Shown piece by piece: positions 1 through 11,000 of a stretch of 64,000 nt of DNA. This DNA comes from Candidatus Poribacteria bacterium (GTDB taxonomy: Bacteria > Poribacteria > WGA-4E > PCPOR2b). Positions within the stretch are counted from its first letter, which is position 1; each line of letters starts with the position of its first letter. The DNA lies in the NCBI GenBank assembly GCA_965215015.1, contig OZ244042.1, positions 3,872,001-3,936,000 of the forward strand, written 5' to 3'. The translations under genes were made by a program, and so were the position numbers. The notes below the pieces were generated by a model that made no database searches, was not told where the DNA came from, and saw only the letters and a program-made list of their open reading frames with translations.

Positions 1-130
1 CAGACTTCGCTGCTTGTAATGCTCGCTGCTTCTGAAGAGCCAACTGCTTGCGCTTAGACTTCTGATTTTGTTGACGTTTTTCGCGTTTCCGCGCAATGTT
101 GAGGCGTCGATTCTTCCTTTTTTTCGCCAT
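1..130 (-). CDS. 5' part of a hypothetical protein with a very basic N-terminus, running off the window start
   Basis: ATG at 130 reads MAKKRKNRRLNIARKREKRQQNQKSKRKQLALQKQRALQAAKS with no stop before base 1; strong promoter upstream. Confidence 0.6.
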   Translation of the reverse strand, partial: MAKKRKNRRLNIARKREKRQQNQKSKRKQLALQKQRALQAAKS

Positions 131-193
131 CTTTGACCTAATTTGCAATTATGGTTGGCTGAAATCGTTCCGAGAGGCTTTCGGACTCAGAAA

Positions 194-222
194 AGTATAC
201 AGAAAGAGACTGAGATTGTCAA
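194..222 (-). promoter_or_regulatory. sigma70-type promoter TTGACA-N17-TATACT
   Basis: Minus strand reads TTGACA atctcagtctctttctg TATACT, ~65 nt upstream of the ATG at 130. Confidence 0.7.
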
Positions 223-378
223 CACCGATCAGGGAATATAAGAAGCGTGAAACGTGAAAACAATTTGTTCATGGGTTCATTCGTTGATTGGTTCATTAAT
301 GAACGCGTGAACTAAGGGGTGGAAACGCCCTCCTCACTAACCCGCACCAAAGGTTATAAGTCGCTCTTTGAAACACAG

Positions 379-2874
379 CTAATGCAGAATGCCCAACTGA
401 TGCATTCGTCGGTGAATGGCTTCCTTGGCCTCCATGAACGGACGTTCAAGGAACGCCTGATGGTCATCTTCCCCGTGATGATGTGTTACGGTCCCCGGAC
501 GATGGTGGCGGGCAGTATTGCGGATATATGACAATCCCCCCTCAATTAGTGTCAGCATATAGTTGGCGGTTTCCGAATCAAACATCCACCACTCACCCCC
601 AACAGCGAGATAGACCGGGGAGGTGTGAGCGATGATGCCGCGCCCCCAACCGTCGTGATGCGGAACCGCTTGGGCATAGCTGGGACCTCCGCATCGGGCT
701 GCAATCCACGAGTGCTGATTGACCGGCAGCGATGTTTTCAGATGCAACCTGCGGGCACCGTTATTTTCCGCTGTCGAAGCGACAACCCTCCCCGCCTGAA
801 CGATTTCCAACGTATGAATGGGGAATATGGACTCCGCTGACGCTTCGACCTCTAGCGTGCCGCCATTTCCCGGTAGGTTGATTGTGCTCCCGATAGGTTG
901 TCCATCAACTGTCAACCGAATAATGGGGCCACCACTGAGGAAAGTGTTTCCAGCCCGGAGATACTTGCACCAATTATCGTAGTTGAATTCCTGATCATTG
1001 GGAATATGGACATAGGTGCGATAGACACCAACGGGAACGTCGCTGGTCATTTTATCCGTTCCACCGACCAGCGGTAGTTTGTAGCCACAGTTCAGATACC
1101 GGTAATACTCGATGTGGCCATACATCGCTTCCGTCAGGTACTCGACAGCATCAACACGATTGGTGGCAATCAACGTCGCTGGCTCACAGTTGGGGTTCGG
1201 GATGTGGGGCAGCACCACAGTCCCGCCTTGTGCGTGACAGGCATCTGCCCAATGTGAAAGTGTCGTTTCCATGTTGCCACCGAGCTCCGCTTCGCCGGGC
1301 CCGTCAGAACACCATGGACTCACCTGTTCTTTTAAGCCCAGTAGTGTGAGGTGCCCAAGCAGATGCTGACGATTTTCCTGTGTGGCGTAAACAATGCTGC
1401 GACCATCATCAGACACAGTCGGGCGCCCAATAAATTCCTCTGTGTTGGTAAACAGGTGTCCCCATTGAGAGAGTAGTAGGTTGACAACGTTGAGATCTTC
1501 GCCGCGAGCCTCTGTGTGGGCACCTTGCGTTGAAAGGAAATGGACGTGGGTATCACCGCTAAAGTATCTTTCGGCATTCATGTTGCACCAACGCTTGAGG
1601 CGTAGTGTCAGTTCGCGTTGGCCTGGTTGAATCTCCACCTTTGTGCGCAACGGCTCATATTCGTAACCTCGTGCGACATCAACGATGACTTCGCCGCGTG
1701 GTAGCCAACCTTGGCAGGTTCCATCGGTGTAGGCGTAAGAGATTTGCCCCAGTCGCACATCTCCACCGACATCAATATGCCAAGTACCGTTGTTTGAGTT
1801 GACGTGTGCGTGGTGTCCGTGTGGTGCATAAGGAACTCCCTTCGGAGAGCGAAAGTGGATGCGGCATGGAATCGGTTGATTGGTCTCATCATCAAGCACC
1901 CTTGTGTGGACCCAGTTTCTGCCGGTGTCAACGATTTCGACCTGCACTCGATCGTTTGGTACTACTTTCCCTTTCTCCTCTAACTCTCCCCATTTCACTG
2001 TGCCTAATGTTTCATCGTGATTCTTGACCGTCACTGTCGCCGACGGGGTCGCTGTTACTTCGACATAGGCGGGGCTGCTATTATTATTTTGTGTCTCGCC
2101 CCAACCTTTCCGTTCGTCATCAAGAAATTCGTCTGCCGATTTTTCAGGCAGCGGATAGGGATACGTTGCGACACCACGGTCAACCTCCACTGCCATGCGG
2201 AAAGGCTTTGTGGCATCTTCCGCCTGTGGCAAGGTAATCATGACATCGCGGATGGCTTTTCTAGGGATTGGATCTTCATCGAGGTATCCCAATGTAAGGG
2301 CAGCGAAAATAAACGCCGGTCCCTGCGGGACGATTTGGAGGGATTCAAGCATCTCCGACGGACTCGGATTTTCCCAGATCCACAGATAGTAATCCCTAGG
2401 GCCTGCTTGCGTGGCTTCGGTCTGTCGGTTTCCCGCTGCGCCCCAATTCCCTTCGTGACGTGGGTAGAGTCCATCTTGCTGATCTGGCCATGCGAGAAAA
2501 GGCAGTTGACCCCAGCCCGGCGGCACAACAGCAATCTCGAAACGTTCTCGTATTGGCACCCTGACCGTTTCACCGTTTGCATAGCGGAAAACGTAGTTCG
2601 CGATTAAACGCCCGATAGGGTCGCCCTCAAAAATTTCCGATTCAAGCAGGCGATGTACAACGAGGATCCGTTTCGGCGTTGCGTTTAGTGGTATGACAGT
2701 CGGGGCGATGCTAGCCCCGTTTCCGAAACCGAGAAAACAGTTACTCGCCTCGCCAATCTGGAAGGGTAGTCCGTGGAAGGTTTGTGTGCCAATTGCAGGG
2801 GTGGCGTTTTCGCCGAGAACTTCCGCGCCAACGTTGCAGAGTGATGAGAGATTTAGTGGTTGATAATCCGGCAT
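379..2874 (-). CDS. CehA/McbA-family PHP-type metallohydrolase
   Basis: 831 aa; SGDTHVH metal motif, HLLGHL, LPH, YYRYLNCG..P.VGGTD, YRTYV and IIAHTSPVY motifs. Confidence 0.8.
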   Translation of the reverse strand: MPDYQPLNLSSLCNVGAEVLGENATPAIGTQTFHGLPFQIGEASNCFLGFGNGASIAPTVIPLNATPKRILVVHRLLESEIFEGDPIGRLIANYVFRYANGETVRVPIRERFEIAVVPPGWGQLPFLAWPDQQDGLYPRHEGNWGAAGNRQTEATQAGPRDYYLWIWENPSPSEMLESLQIVPQGPAFIFAALTLGYLDEDPIPRKAIRDVMITLPQAEDATKPFRMAVEVDRGVATYPYPLPEKSADEFLDDERKGWGETQNNNSSPAYVEVTATPSATVTVKNHDETLGTVKWGELEEKGKVVPNDRVQVEIVDTGRNWVHTRVLDDETNQPIPCRIHFRSPKGVPYAPHGHHAHVNSNNGTWHIDVGGDVRLGQISYAYTDGTCQGWLPRGEVIVDVARGYEYEPLRTKVEIQPGQRELTLRLKRWCNMNAERYFSGDTHVHFLSTQGAHTEARGEDLNVVNLLLSQWGHLFTNTEEFIGRPTVSDDGRSIVYATQENRQHLLGHLTLLGLKEQVSPWCSDGPGEAELGGNMETTLSHWADACHAQGGTVVLPHIPNPNCEPATLIATNRVDAVEYLTEAMYGHIEYYRYLNCGYKLPLVGGTDKMTSDVPVGVYRTYVHIPNDQEFNYDNWCKYLRAGNTFLSGGPIIRLTVDGQPIGSTINLPGNGGTLEVEASAESIFPIHTLEIVQAGRVVASTAENNGARRLHLKTSLPVNQHSWIAARCGGPSYAQAVPHHDGWGRGIIAHTSPVYLAVGGEWWMFDSETANYMLTLIEGGLSYIRNTARHHRPGTVTHHHGEDDHQAFLERPFMEAKEAIHRRMHQLGILH

Positions 2875-3095
2875 TGAGAGCTCCTTGACTTGAGGTTTGT
2901 AATTAATTGTTCCATATACACATGAGGCAGCGGGATTTTTGAACGGAATTAGGACATAGATTCATTGAACTGGTGAACTTTATACCCCTGGTGCTCCTCC
3001 CCGATAAGATTGCAATTCAAAACAGGAGCGAAAGGTGGCGCACTTAACGGACGGGGAAACCCCGCCCTACGAGAAAATCAAGGGATTTTCAATAA

Positions 3096-3247
3096 CTAGG
3101 GCGTATTGACATTTTGTTGTCGCCAATTAGCAATCTGGAAAATGCCAACAGTTCGTAGGTTGGGCTTCCTCGCCCAACCGATGCAGATTAGTCCAACGGC
3201 GGGCTAGAGCTCCGACCGCCGGGTTGTCAAATGTCAACATAATCTAG
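3096..3247. mobile_element. MITE-like element with TAGGGCGT(G/A)TTGACATTT / CAAATGTCAACA ends (IS5-like termini)
   Basis: Same ends bound 49982-50252 and 62056-62289; lone ends at ~15083-15113 and ~20261-20292. Confidence 0.55.
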
Positions 3248-3311
3248 CGACTTAGGTTATTATAGCATAATCTGAGGCGGATAACGGTTGATTTTCACTA
3301 ACTCGCGCAAC

Positions 3312-3340
3312 AAAAAAGCCCTGTGCACAATGCACAGGGC
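3312..3340 (-). terminator. Intrinsic terminator downstream of the oxidoreductase
   Basis: GCCCTGTGCA-ttg-TGCACAGGGC followed by T6 on the minus strand. Confidence 0.7.
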
Positions 3341-3388
3341 GGGCTCGCTTATACTCATCCACCAAAACTGACAAGGGGCAAATACTGT

Positions 3389-4510
3389 TTACTCTCTCTT
3401 CTTTGTCTCAATCTGCGGCATGTAGTTTTCTCTGCCCATTTGAGGCTTTTTGTTATCCATCCGCGAACTTTTCGGGAAAAGTCTAAGACTACGGTCTTCA
3501 AGCGGTAGCCTCATCGGGGCGTATCCGCGTCGATGCGATTCCCGTAGCGCAATGGCGATTTCTAGGACCTTACGTCCATTGTCCCCGCTGCCCCTCGGCT
3601 CAATGTCCCGTTCAAGGGCATCAACGATGGATTGCACAGTCGCCATGTTTCGGTCTCCTGGCCATCTCCAGCCGTCCTCATCATAGCCACCGCTCATTCT
3701 GCCATAAACGCTGGCTTCAGGGAACACTCCCTTCACTTTCTTGAGCCCCCCCCATGTCGGTCGATCGACATCATCGTCCGCCTTCCACAGGCTAAGAAAG
3801 CCATTATTACTGCGGAATATACCCTTGCTGCACGAGACCTCAAACCCATTTCCCCTCGCATCGGTCTCGCGGTGCATGAAGGCTTCAATACCGTTGGTGA
3901 AACGTAGATAACCTGCGCCTCCTTGGTCATGGTCGCTCTCCGGGTCGTCAGCGACCCAGCCGATCGCCCACGCAACATCGGCATCTCCGGTAAACAAACG
4001 CATCAGACTAAAAAGCTGACAGCCGCCGCCTGACATTTCGGTGCCGCTTCCCCCCGTGAAGTTGATGCTTTTGACCTCACCGAGCTCGCCTGACTCGATG
4101 ATTTCACGGGCTTTCCAGTATTGTGGTAGATTCCGATCTAGGTCCCCGGAACCGAACTTAATCCCTCGCGATTGACAGGCGTCCACCATTCGGTCCGCAT
4201 CTGCAAGCGTTGCTGCAATGGGCTTCTCGCAAAGAATCGCCCGTACCCCCGCTTCGGCACACCCAATGACGATCTCCGGGTTGGGTCTAACCGGTAGGAT
4301 AGGCGCAGCGATGTCAATTTGTTCTTTCTCAAGCATCTCCCGATAGTCGCTGTATCCTGGCACACCGTAGTATTTACAATACAACTCCAAGTTCTCAGAA
4401 TCAGTATCAGCAAATGCAACGACTTCTGTCAAGGGATTGAGCGCATACGCCCGCGCATGTTGTCCGCCCTTTCTTCCGCAGCCGATGACTCCGACTCGAT
4501 ATTTAGCCAT
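3389..4510 (-). CDS. Gfo/Idh/MocA family oxidoreductase
   Basis: VGVIGCGRKG Rossmann motif, CEKP motif, ELGEV. Confidence 0.9.
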   Translation of the reverse strand: MAKYRVGVIGCGRKGGQHARAYALNPLTEVVAFADTDSENLELYCKYYGVPGYSDYREMLEKEQIDIAAPILPVRPNPEIVIGCAEAGVRAILCEKPIAATLADADRMVDACQSRGIKFGSGDLDRNLPQYWKAREIIESGELGEVKSINFTGGSGTEMSGGGCQLFSLMRLFTGDADVAWAIGWVADDPESDHDQGGAGYLRFTNGIEAFMHRETDARGNGFEVSCSKGIFRSNNGFLSLWKADDDVDRPTWGGLKKVKGVFPEASVYGRMSGGYDEDGWRWPGDRNMATVQSIVDALERDIEPRGSGDNGRKVLEIAIALRESHRRGYAPMRLPLEDRSLRLFPKSSRMDNKKPQMGRENYMPQIETKKRE

Positions 4511-4587
4511 TTAAGCTTCTCCTTGTCTGACGTGACCGACTCAATCTGCATCGGAAACTGGTGGTTGGATATCACAAATGTCTGTTT

Positions 4588-5439
4588 CTAAACGTTCACA
4601 TATCTTCGTACCGGTGCGATGCTCCCAAATAGTCCGAGCAGAATGCCGCCAAGCAGAATCAGACCGAGTTGATTTAACGGAATAAACGCCATCTGACTAA
4701 TCCGCGGAATAAATAGGCGAAATAGTATGTAAAAACTAATTATTCCGGATAAACTTCCAATAAATCCTAGAAACACGCCTTGGACAATCAGTGGGATACG
4801 GATGTACCAGTAGGTTGCCCCAACTAGTCTCATGACTCGAATCTCCTCTCGGCGAAAGTAAGCGGTCAACATAATAGAAAAGCAGACAATAATCATCGAA
4901 GCCACACCCATTAGCCCTCCCAACCCCATGAGTACCACTTCCACTTTTTGAATGAATTCAGAGCTTTCTTGGACATGTGTGACATCTTCCACCTGATGAG
5001 TAAAGGACCGAATCTGATTGACAAGTTGGGATAGCTTATCCGGGTTCAGTAATGTCTCTTTAATATAAATCTCCAGTGAGGCGGGGAAAGGGTTACTATC
5101 TGCAAAGCCCTCCGTGAGGGTTTTTCCAAATTCACCAAACATCAGCTCACCTCGGGCAAGTGCTTCTTCTTTAGAAACGTAAGTGACTGAAGCAGCCCAA
5201 TCGATCTTCTCAATTTGGCTGCGAAATTCCTGTCCTTCGGACTCACCGATGCTGTCCTTTAGAAATACAATAATCGCTGGTTTGTCTTTAAGGTCTTCAA
5301 TTTGGCTGCTTAGATAATTGCCAATCAGGATCAGCGCACTCCCGATTGTAATTGTCAGGGTAATAATCACAATGCTTAGGAAACTGACAGAACCGCCGTG
5401 GCGGATATTGGAAAACGACTCTTCAAGTAAGTATGACAT
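4588..5439 (-). CDS. ftsX: Cell-division permease FtsX-like protein
   Basis: 4 TM segments, YVSKEEAL, NPFPASLEI, RREEIRVMRLVGATYWYIRIP motifs. Confidence 0.85.
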   Translation of the reverse strand: MSYLLEESFSNIRHGGSVSFLSIVIITLTITIGSALILIGNYLSSQIEDLKDKPAIIVFLKDSIGESEGQEFRSQIEKIDWAASVTYVSKEEALARGELMFGEFGKTLTEGFADSNPFPASLEIYIKETLLNPDKLSQLVNQIRSFTHQVEDVTHVQESSEFIQKVEVVLMGLGGLMGVASMIIVCFSIMLTAYFRREEIRVMRLVGATYWYIRIPLIVQGVFLGFIGSLSGIISFYILFRLFIPRISQMAFIPLNQLGLILLGGILLGLFGSIAPVRRYVNV

Positions 5440-5604
5440 AGTTAAATACCAATGCTTATAAAAAAGAAAATGCCAAAACGGTAAGAGAAACCGAGTTTTT
5501 TAGTAGGAAACGCGGATCTGTGTTTCCTACGGTTGCTGTTTCGCGATTTCTTAACATAGGCCAATATCAAATGTAATAGGTAAACGTCAGCAAACTTCAA
5601 CGCG

Positions 5605-6579
5605 TTATAAGGAATTCAGAGAATTCTTAATAATATTATCGGTCTGGATGCCTTCCCCTTCGCCTTCAAAGTTCAAAATGATACGGTGGCGTAAGGCTGG
5701 CAGCGCAACAGCTTGCACGTCTTCAAAAGCAACATTGTAACGTCCATCGAGTAGTGCCTTAATTTTTGCTGTCAATGTAATCGCTTGCATCCCACGAATA
5801 CTTGCACCTAATTCGACGTACTGCCTCGTCATCTCTGGACTGTTGGGATTATCCGGATGCGTGGCACGGATAAGCCGAATGATATAGTGTTCTACATGAT
5901 CGGCGATTAGCACATGCCGGACGAGTTGGCGCATTGACTGGATTGTTTCCGCATTACTAATCTTCTCAATAGCGATCTCTGCCTCCGATGTTGTTCGTCG
6001 CAAGATTTCACCGAGCTCATCTTCATTCGGGAAAGCAATCTGGAGTTTGAACAGGAATCGATCCAGTTGTGCCTCTGGCAAACGGTATGTCCCGTCCATC
6101 TCAATAGGATTCTGGGTCGCAAGCACACAGAAGGGCTCTTTTAGTTTATAGCTCGTCCGCGCCACGCTCACGGTTCGTTCCTGCATCGCCTCTAGCAGGG
6201 CAGACTGCGTGCGGGGGGTCGCGCGATTAATCTCGTCTGCGAGAACAATCTGTGCAAAGATGGGCCCCGGCTGAAATTCAAACTGCTTTCGCCCTTGAGT
6301 ATCTTCGACGAGAAGCATTGTCCCCGTAATGTCTGAGGGCATCATGTCCGGCGTAAACTGAATCCGGCTGAACGACAAACTCAGTGCCTCGCTCAGGGTA
6401 TGAATCAACTGCGTTTTACCTAAGCCGGGGACACCTTCGATGAGCACATGTCCATTGGCAAAAAGGCAGAACAATACCCCTTCAATAACCTCATCCTGCC
6501 CAACGATACGTTTGTGGATCTCTGCCTTCACTCGGTTGAAGTTTTCCTTAAACTGCTGTACTTGAGCTTCTAGAGGCAT
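5605..6579 (-). CDS. moxR: MoxR family AAA+ ATPase
   Basis: GHVLIEGVPGLGKT, RIQFTPD, LADEINRA, QSALLEAMQE, ATQNPIE, PEAQLDRF. Confidence 0.92.
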   Translation of the reverse strand: MPLEAQVQQFKENFNRVKAEIHKRIVGQDEVIEGVLFCLFANGHVLIEGVPGLGKTQLIHTLSEALSLSFSRIQFTPDMMPSDITGTMLLVEDTQGRKQFEFQPGPIFAQIVLADEINRATPRTQSALLEAMQERTVSVARTSYKLKEPFCVLATQNPIEMDGTYRLPEAQLDRFLFKLQIAFPNEDELGEILRRTTSEAEIAIEKISNAETIQSMRQLVRHVLIADHVEHYIIRLIRATHPDNPNSPEMTRQYVELGASIRGMQAITLTAKIKALLDGRYNVAFEDVQAVALPALRHRIILNFEGEGEGIQTDNIIKNSLNSL

Positions 6580-6670
6580 AATTGAGACCTAGTTTATGAC
6601 TATTGATGCGAGTTTGCAACTGTTGATACACGTTCCGATCAAAGACCTTCAGTGAAACGTGAAACCGACA

Positions 6671-6960
6671 GTAGTAGACATACGGCGTATGTCATCCCCC
6701 CTTCTAAGAACCCTCCTTTATCCGCCCCGCAAACAGGGGGCTGGCACGCGGAGCGTGTCAACTCTTGTCGGCTTAACTGTCGCCGCCCGATGAGTCGGGC
6801 GTTGCGAGGCATCTTCATCGAATTTGTAATCGTGGTGCAGAGATTATCTTCGCTGAAATCGGGGTTGTCTAAGCTGCCAACAACATAGTCCCTCTGTCGG
6901 TCAATTTTTCAAAATCGAGCCTATGGACATTTGGGTGTCGAGATATCAGTAAGTCCTAAA
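6671..6960. repeat. Composite palindromic (REP/BIME-like) element, inverted homolog of 46431-46690
   Basis: Shared colinear blocks GGCACGCGGAGCGTG, TGTCGG..AACTGT, GCCCGA....TCGGGCGTTG, GAAT.TGTAA. Confidence 0.7.
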
Positions 6961-7072
6961 TGTACGGATGAACTGTTGAACGATGTGGAAACGCCAACCT
7001 CACCAACTCGCATCAAAGGTTAACTATTCGAGAAATTTTGTAAAGTGGCTGCTGTGTTAATTCGCCGATTTG

Positions 7073-7930
7073 TTACCAACGTGGCGACGTTTCAATGAAT
7101 TGATTGTAGTAGTCCTCAACGTTGACTTCACCCGCATCGCCCTCGTGGATGAGAATACGGAACCGTTGTGTCACGCGTTCATTGCGGAACAGTTCGTACT
7201 TGTCTAGCAAAGTAAAATTTGCTAGAAATGTACCATAATTCCGCGTAAAAAATGCCGAAGGTGGATTTGATGGGTGGTTCATCAGCGTAACACCGACTGT
7301 TTTACCGGCGACAACCCCGCTGTAGTCTGTCCAATCGGCAGACTGTTGCATCGCTTCTTCCTCGTTACGTTGCCCATTGGCATTGAGAATTGTCCCGCCA
7401 TCTTCGACATCCATCGTATCGGCAACACGCACACCGAGAAAAGCGTGGTTATCTTGTGCAAAAATCAGATCCGTTTGGCTAGCAATCAGGGTGCTTGTCA
7501 GGTCAATGATATAGGCATCTTCTTCAAAAGAGACGGTGAAGTTGCGTTCCTCGTCTAACAGACGGCCCCCTGCCTTCGTCATCCAACCGTTATGTGTCAT
7601 GACGCGAACCTCGCTTTCATCAATTGTATGTTGGCTCTTTTCCAATATAATATCGCCGAGGTTCGATCGGGTTGGATTGTTGTCGTGGAAGAAGTTAATC
7701 CCGTTCACGTTCGCATGCCCGATGAAAATCGATTTGTGATGATTGTAGCGGTAGGCACAGGTACATGTTACTTCGCGCCCACTCGGAGAATAAACAGGAT
7801 AGAAATCAGGACGCGATTTGTACATATCGCCGTATTGAGTACAACCCTTATTATAGGCGAGGAAAAACGTTTCTCCGTCATAGAACTTAAAACGCAGTTC
7901 TTCTTCGATAATTCTTGGAACGCTGGCCAT
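7073..7930 (-). CDS. PmoA/DUF6807-family hypothetical protein (not a methane monooxygenase)
   Basis: RPDFYPVYSPSG, HHKSIFIGH..VNGINF, LGVRVA, ADWTDYSG, NHPSNP, FFTRNYG. Confidence 0.75.
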   Translation of the reverse strand: MASVPRIIEEELRFKFYDGETFFLAYNKGCTQYGDMYKSRPDFYPVYSPSGREVTCTCAYRYNHHKSIFIGHANVNGINFFHDNNPTRSNLGDIILEKSQHTIDESEVRVMTHNGWMTKAGGRLLDEERNFTVSFEEDAYIIDLTSTLIASQTDLIFAQDNHAFLGVRVADTMDVEDGGTILNANGQRNEEEAMQQSADWTDYSGVVAGKTVGVTLMNHPSNPPSAFFTRNYGTFLANFTLLDKYELFRNERVTQRFRILIHEGDAGEVNVEDYYNQFIETSPRW

Positions 7931-8088
7931 TGGATTACTCGCGGTAGTATGTACGTGACAATCCCGATGAAACTTATGGTAAAAGAAAGTGCAAAACGCG
8001 AAGATAAACCGAGTTTTTATAAGTAAAGAACAACGATTGCTGTTCCCTACGGTTTCTGTTGCACGATTTCTTAAAGGATTATCATCTA

Positions 8089-11000
8089 TTAGACATAGCT
8101 CATTACAGAAGAGGATTTCTCTCCAACACGGGTGGTGCGATTGCTCGGCTTAACGGAATCACTGCCGAATAGGGCTTCAATTTTCGACACTGTTTGAGAC
8201 GCATATGAAATGTTGTAGCGTGAGCTACATTGTGCAATGACCTCACCATACTTGGGAGTGAGTAGACGTAAGATGAGATCGTGGCCCCCCTTCTCCTGCA
8301 AGCAGATACTTCGCAGCGCATCCAGCTTTTCTTGATTAACAGCATCGCTTTCAGAAATTGTGACTTCGACCGCCGATGTTAATCGATCGACAACCGCGTC
8401 AATAGACAAAATCTCTTCTGCCTGAATCTGATGGGTGTCTTCCTCTATTTCATCATCACTCCCGCCATTTTTTCGTCGATTTTCGCCGACATTGCCTCGA
8501 ATCCACACCACCGCCTCCGCCTCTATCGCATCGCGCGAATTTTTGTAGGCTTCCGGGAAAACAACGACATCCGTCGTTCCCTCCAAGTCCTCAACAACGA
8601 GAATAGCCATCGGATCGCCCTTCTTCGTCTTGGTAAGACGAACGGAGATCAGCTGACCGGCGGCATATACCTCCGCTCCACTGGGGGGCTCCCCAAGCGT
8701 TTGAGAGGTGACGGTGGTATAGTATTTCATAATGTCCTCATACTGTTCCAGTGGGTGTCCGGAAAGGTAGAAGCCGAGTTGTTCCTTTTCGTTCTTTAGT
8801 ATATCAGCGTGTGGCCATTCTGGCATATCAACTAGTTCCATCTGTGTCATCGGCATCTCTTCAGCCGCACCGAAAAGCCCCATTTGCCCCTTTTCCCGGT
8901 CTTGCTGGGTGCTTTGAGCTACCTTCATAATCTGCTCAAGGCTTGCGAGTTGTTGCGCTCGATGTCCATCAAGCGCATCAAATGCCCCCGCCATAATCAG
9001 ACTTTCAATCGCCCGTTTATTGACCACTTTTGTATCAACCCGTTCGCAGAAGTCTTGGATCGACTTGAACGAACCGCCCTGCTCCCTCGCTTTGACAATC
9101 GTCTCAAGTGCGCTTTCGCTGACATTTTTGACCGCAGCGAGTCCGAAGCGGATATCGTCCCCAACGACGGTAAAATCCTTGCTACTACTGCTAATATCCG
9201 GCGGCAGTACCTGGATTTTCGTTTCGAGGTATGCCGACAGTTCGGTACACTCACCGATGTACTTTCTAATCTTGTCGCTGTCGGCAGATTCGCCGGTCAT
9301 CATTGACGCCATAAACTCACGGGGATAGTGCGTCTTGAGATAAGCGGTCTGATAGGAAAGAATCGCATAAGCGACTGTATGCGATCGGTTAAATGCGTAT
9401 CGGCCAAAGGGTTCAAGATAATCGAAAACTTTTTCAGCATCTTCCGCCTTGATGTTATTGTTGAGGGCACCTTTGATGAATTTTTCACGCTGCATTTTGA
9501 GGACGTCCATTTTTTTCTTGCCCATCGCATCGCGGAGGACATCCGCCTCACCAAGCGTAAAGTTAGCCATATCTCGTGCAATCTGCATCACCTGCTCTTG
9601 ATAGATACACACGCCGTAGGTGTTCTTCAGCGCATCTTCGAGGGTCGGATGGAGATAGTCTACCTTTTCAATCTTTAGTTTTCTACGAATGAAGCTGTCC
9701 ATCATACCGCTGTCAAGGGGCCCAGGACGGTAGAGTGCAGGAATGGGTATGAAGTCCTCGAAGTTGCTCGGTTTAATTTGCATGATGACGCGGCGCATTC
9801 CCGGCGAGGTCTCTAATTGAAAGAGCCCCCCAACGAGGCCATAACTGATAAGTCCATACGTCTTTTCGTCATCGAATGGAATTTCCTCAAGCGAGATTTC
9901 CTTGCCATGGTTCTCCTTAATTCGTGCCAAACAGTCGTAAACCTCGTTCAAGGTTCGGAGACCCAGGAAGTCGAATTTGACCATCCCGACATCTTCAAGC
10001 ATCTTGAGATCGAATTGTGTTGCAATGCGGCCATGCTTGTCCTTGAAGAGTGGAACATAATCGGTCAGCGGCCCATTGGACAGGACAACCCCGCACGCAT
10101 GGATGGAGACATGCCGTTTCATGCCTTCAATTGACTTGGCAATGTCCATCATCTCTCGGTTTTCCTGTGCTTCGGCGACCTCCCGCAGCTGTGGCACCTC
10201 TTCCAACGATTCATCAAGCGTCACGCCGGGAATAGTTGGAACGAGTTGAGTGACTCGTCGAACATCCTGCACTGGCACATCAAGTGCTCTGCCAACATCG
10301 GCGACAGCAGCCTTCGCACCAAAGGTGCTGAATGTCGCCACCTGTCCGACACACTCTGCCCCGTATTTATTAGTCAGGTAATCAATGACAATTTTGCGAT
10401 GCTCATCTCCAAAGTCGATGTCAATATCGGGCATACTGATACGATCAAGGTTCAGGAACCGCTCAAACATACAGTCATATTTCATCGGTTCAAACGTTGT
10501 AACGCCGAGCGCGAAAAGTGCTAAACTGCCCCCTGCCGAACCCCGTGCGTTGAGCGGAAATCCTCGCTTGCGGGCGAAATTGACGTAATCCCATACAATC
10601 AGCAGATAGCCAGCATAACCTGTCTTCTGAATAATGTCAAGTTCATAGTCGAGTCGTTCCTTCATCTCTGTCGACAGCTCACCATATTTTTTTCGGAGCG
10701 CGTCATAGCATAGTTTACTGAGGTATGAATCGGCCGTATAGCCTTCAGGGACTTCGTATTTCGGCATGATGTGCTCGCCGTAATCGAGTTTCAGTTGGCA
10801 GCGCTTGGCAATTTCAAGTGTATTGGTAATCGCCTCAGGAGGGTACTCCCTTAGAGCTTGGTGCATCTCATCGACACTTTTGAAATGGAACTGATTCAGG
10901 AACTTCATGCGGTCTTCTTCCTTCACCGCTCGCTTCATTTGAATACATAGCAGCACATCGTGCATCGTGTGGTCGGTACTGTTAAGGTAATGGCAATCAT

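Noticed and set aside
1-130. Ribosomal protein S20 or similar
   Set aside because: Basic composition only; no recognisable ribosomal-protein motif in the visible part
7073-7930. Methane monooxygenase subunit
   Set aside because: Soluble DUF6807-type sequence with no TM helices; the family name is misleading
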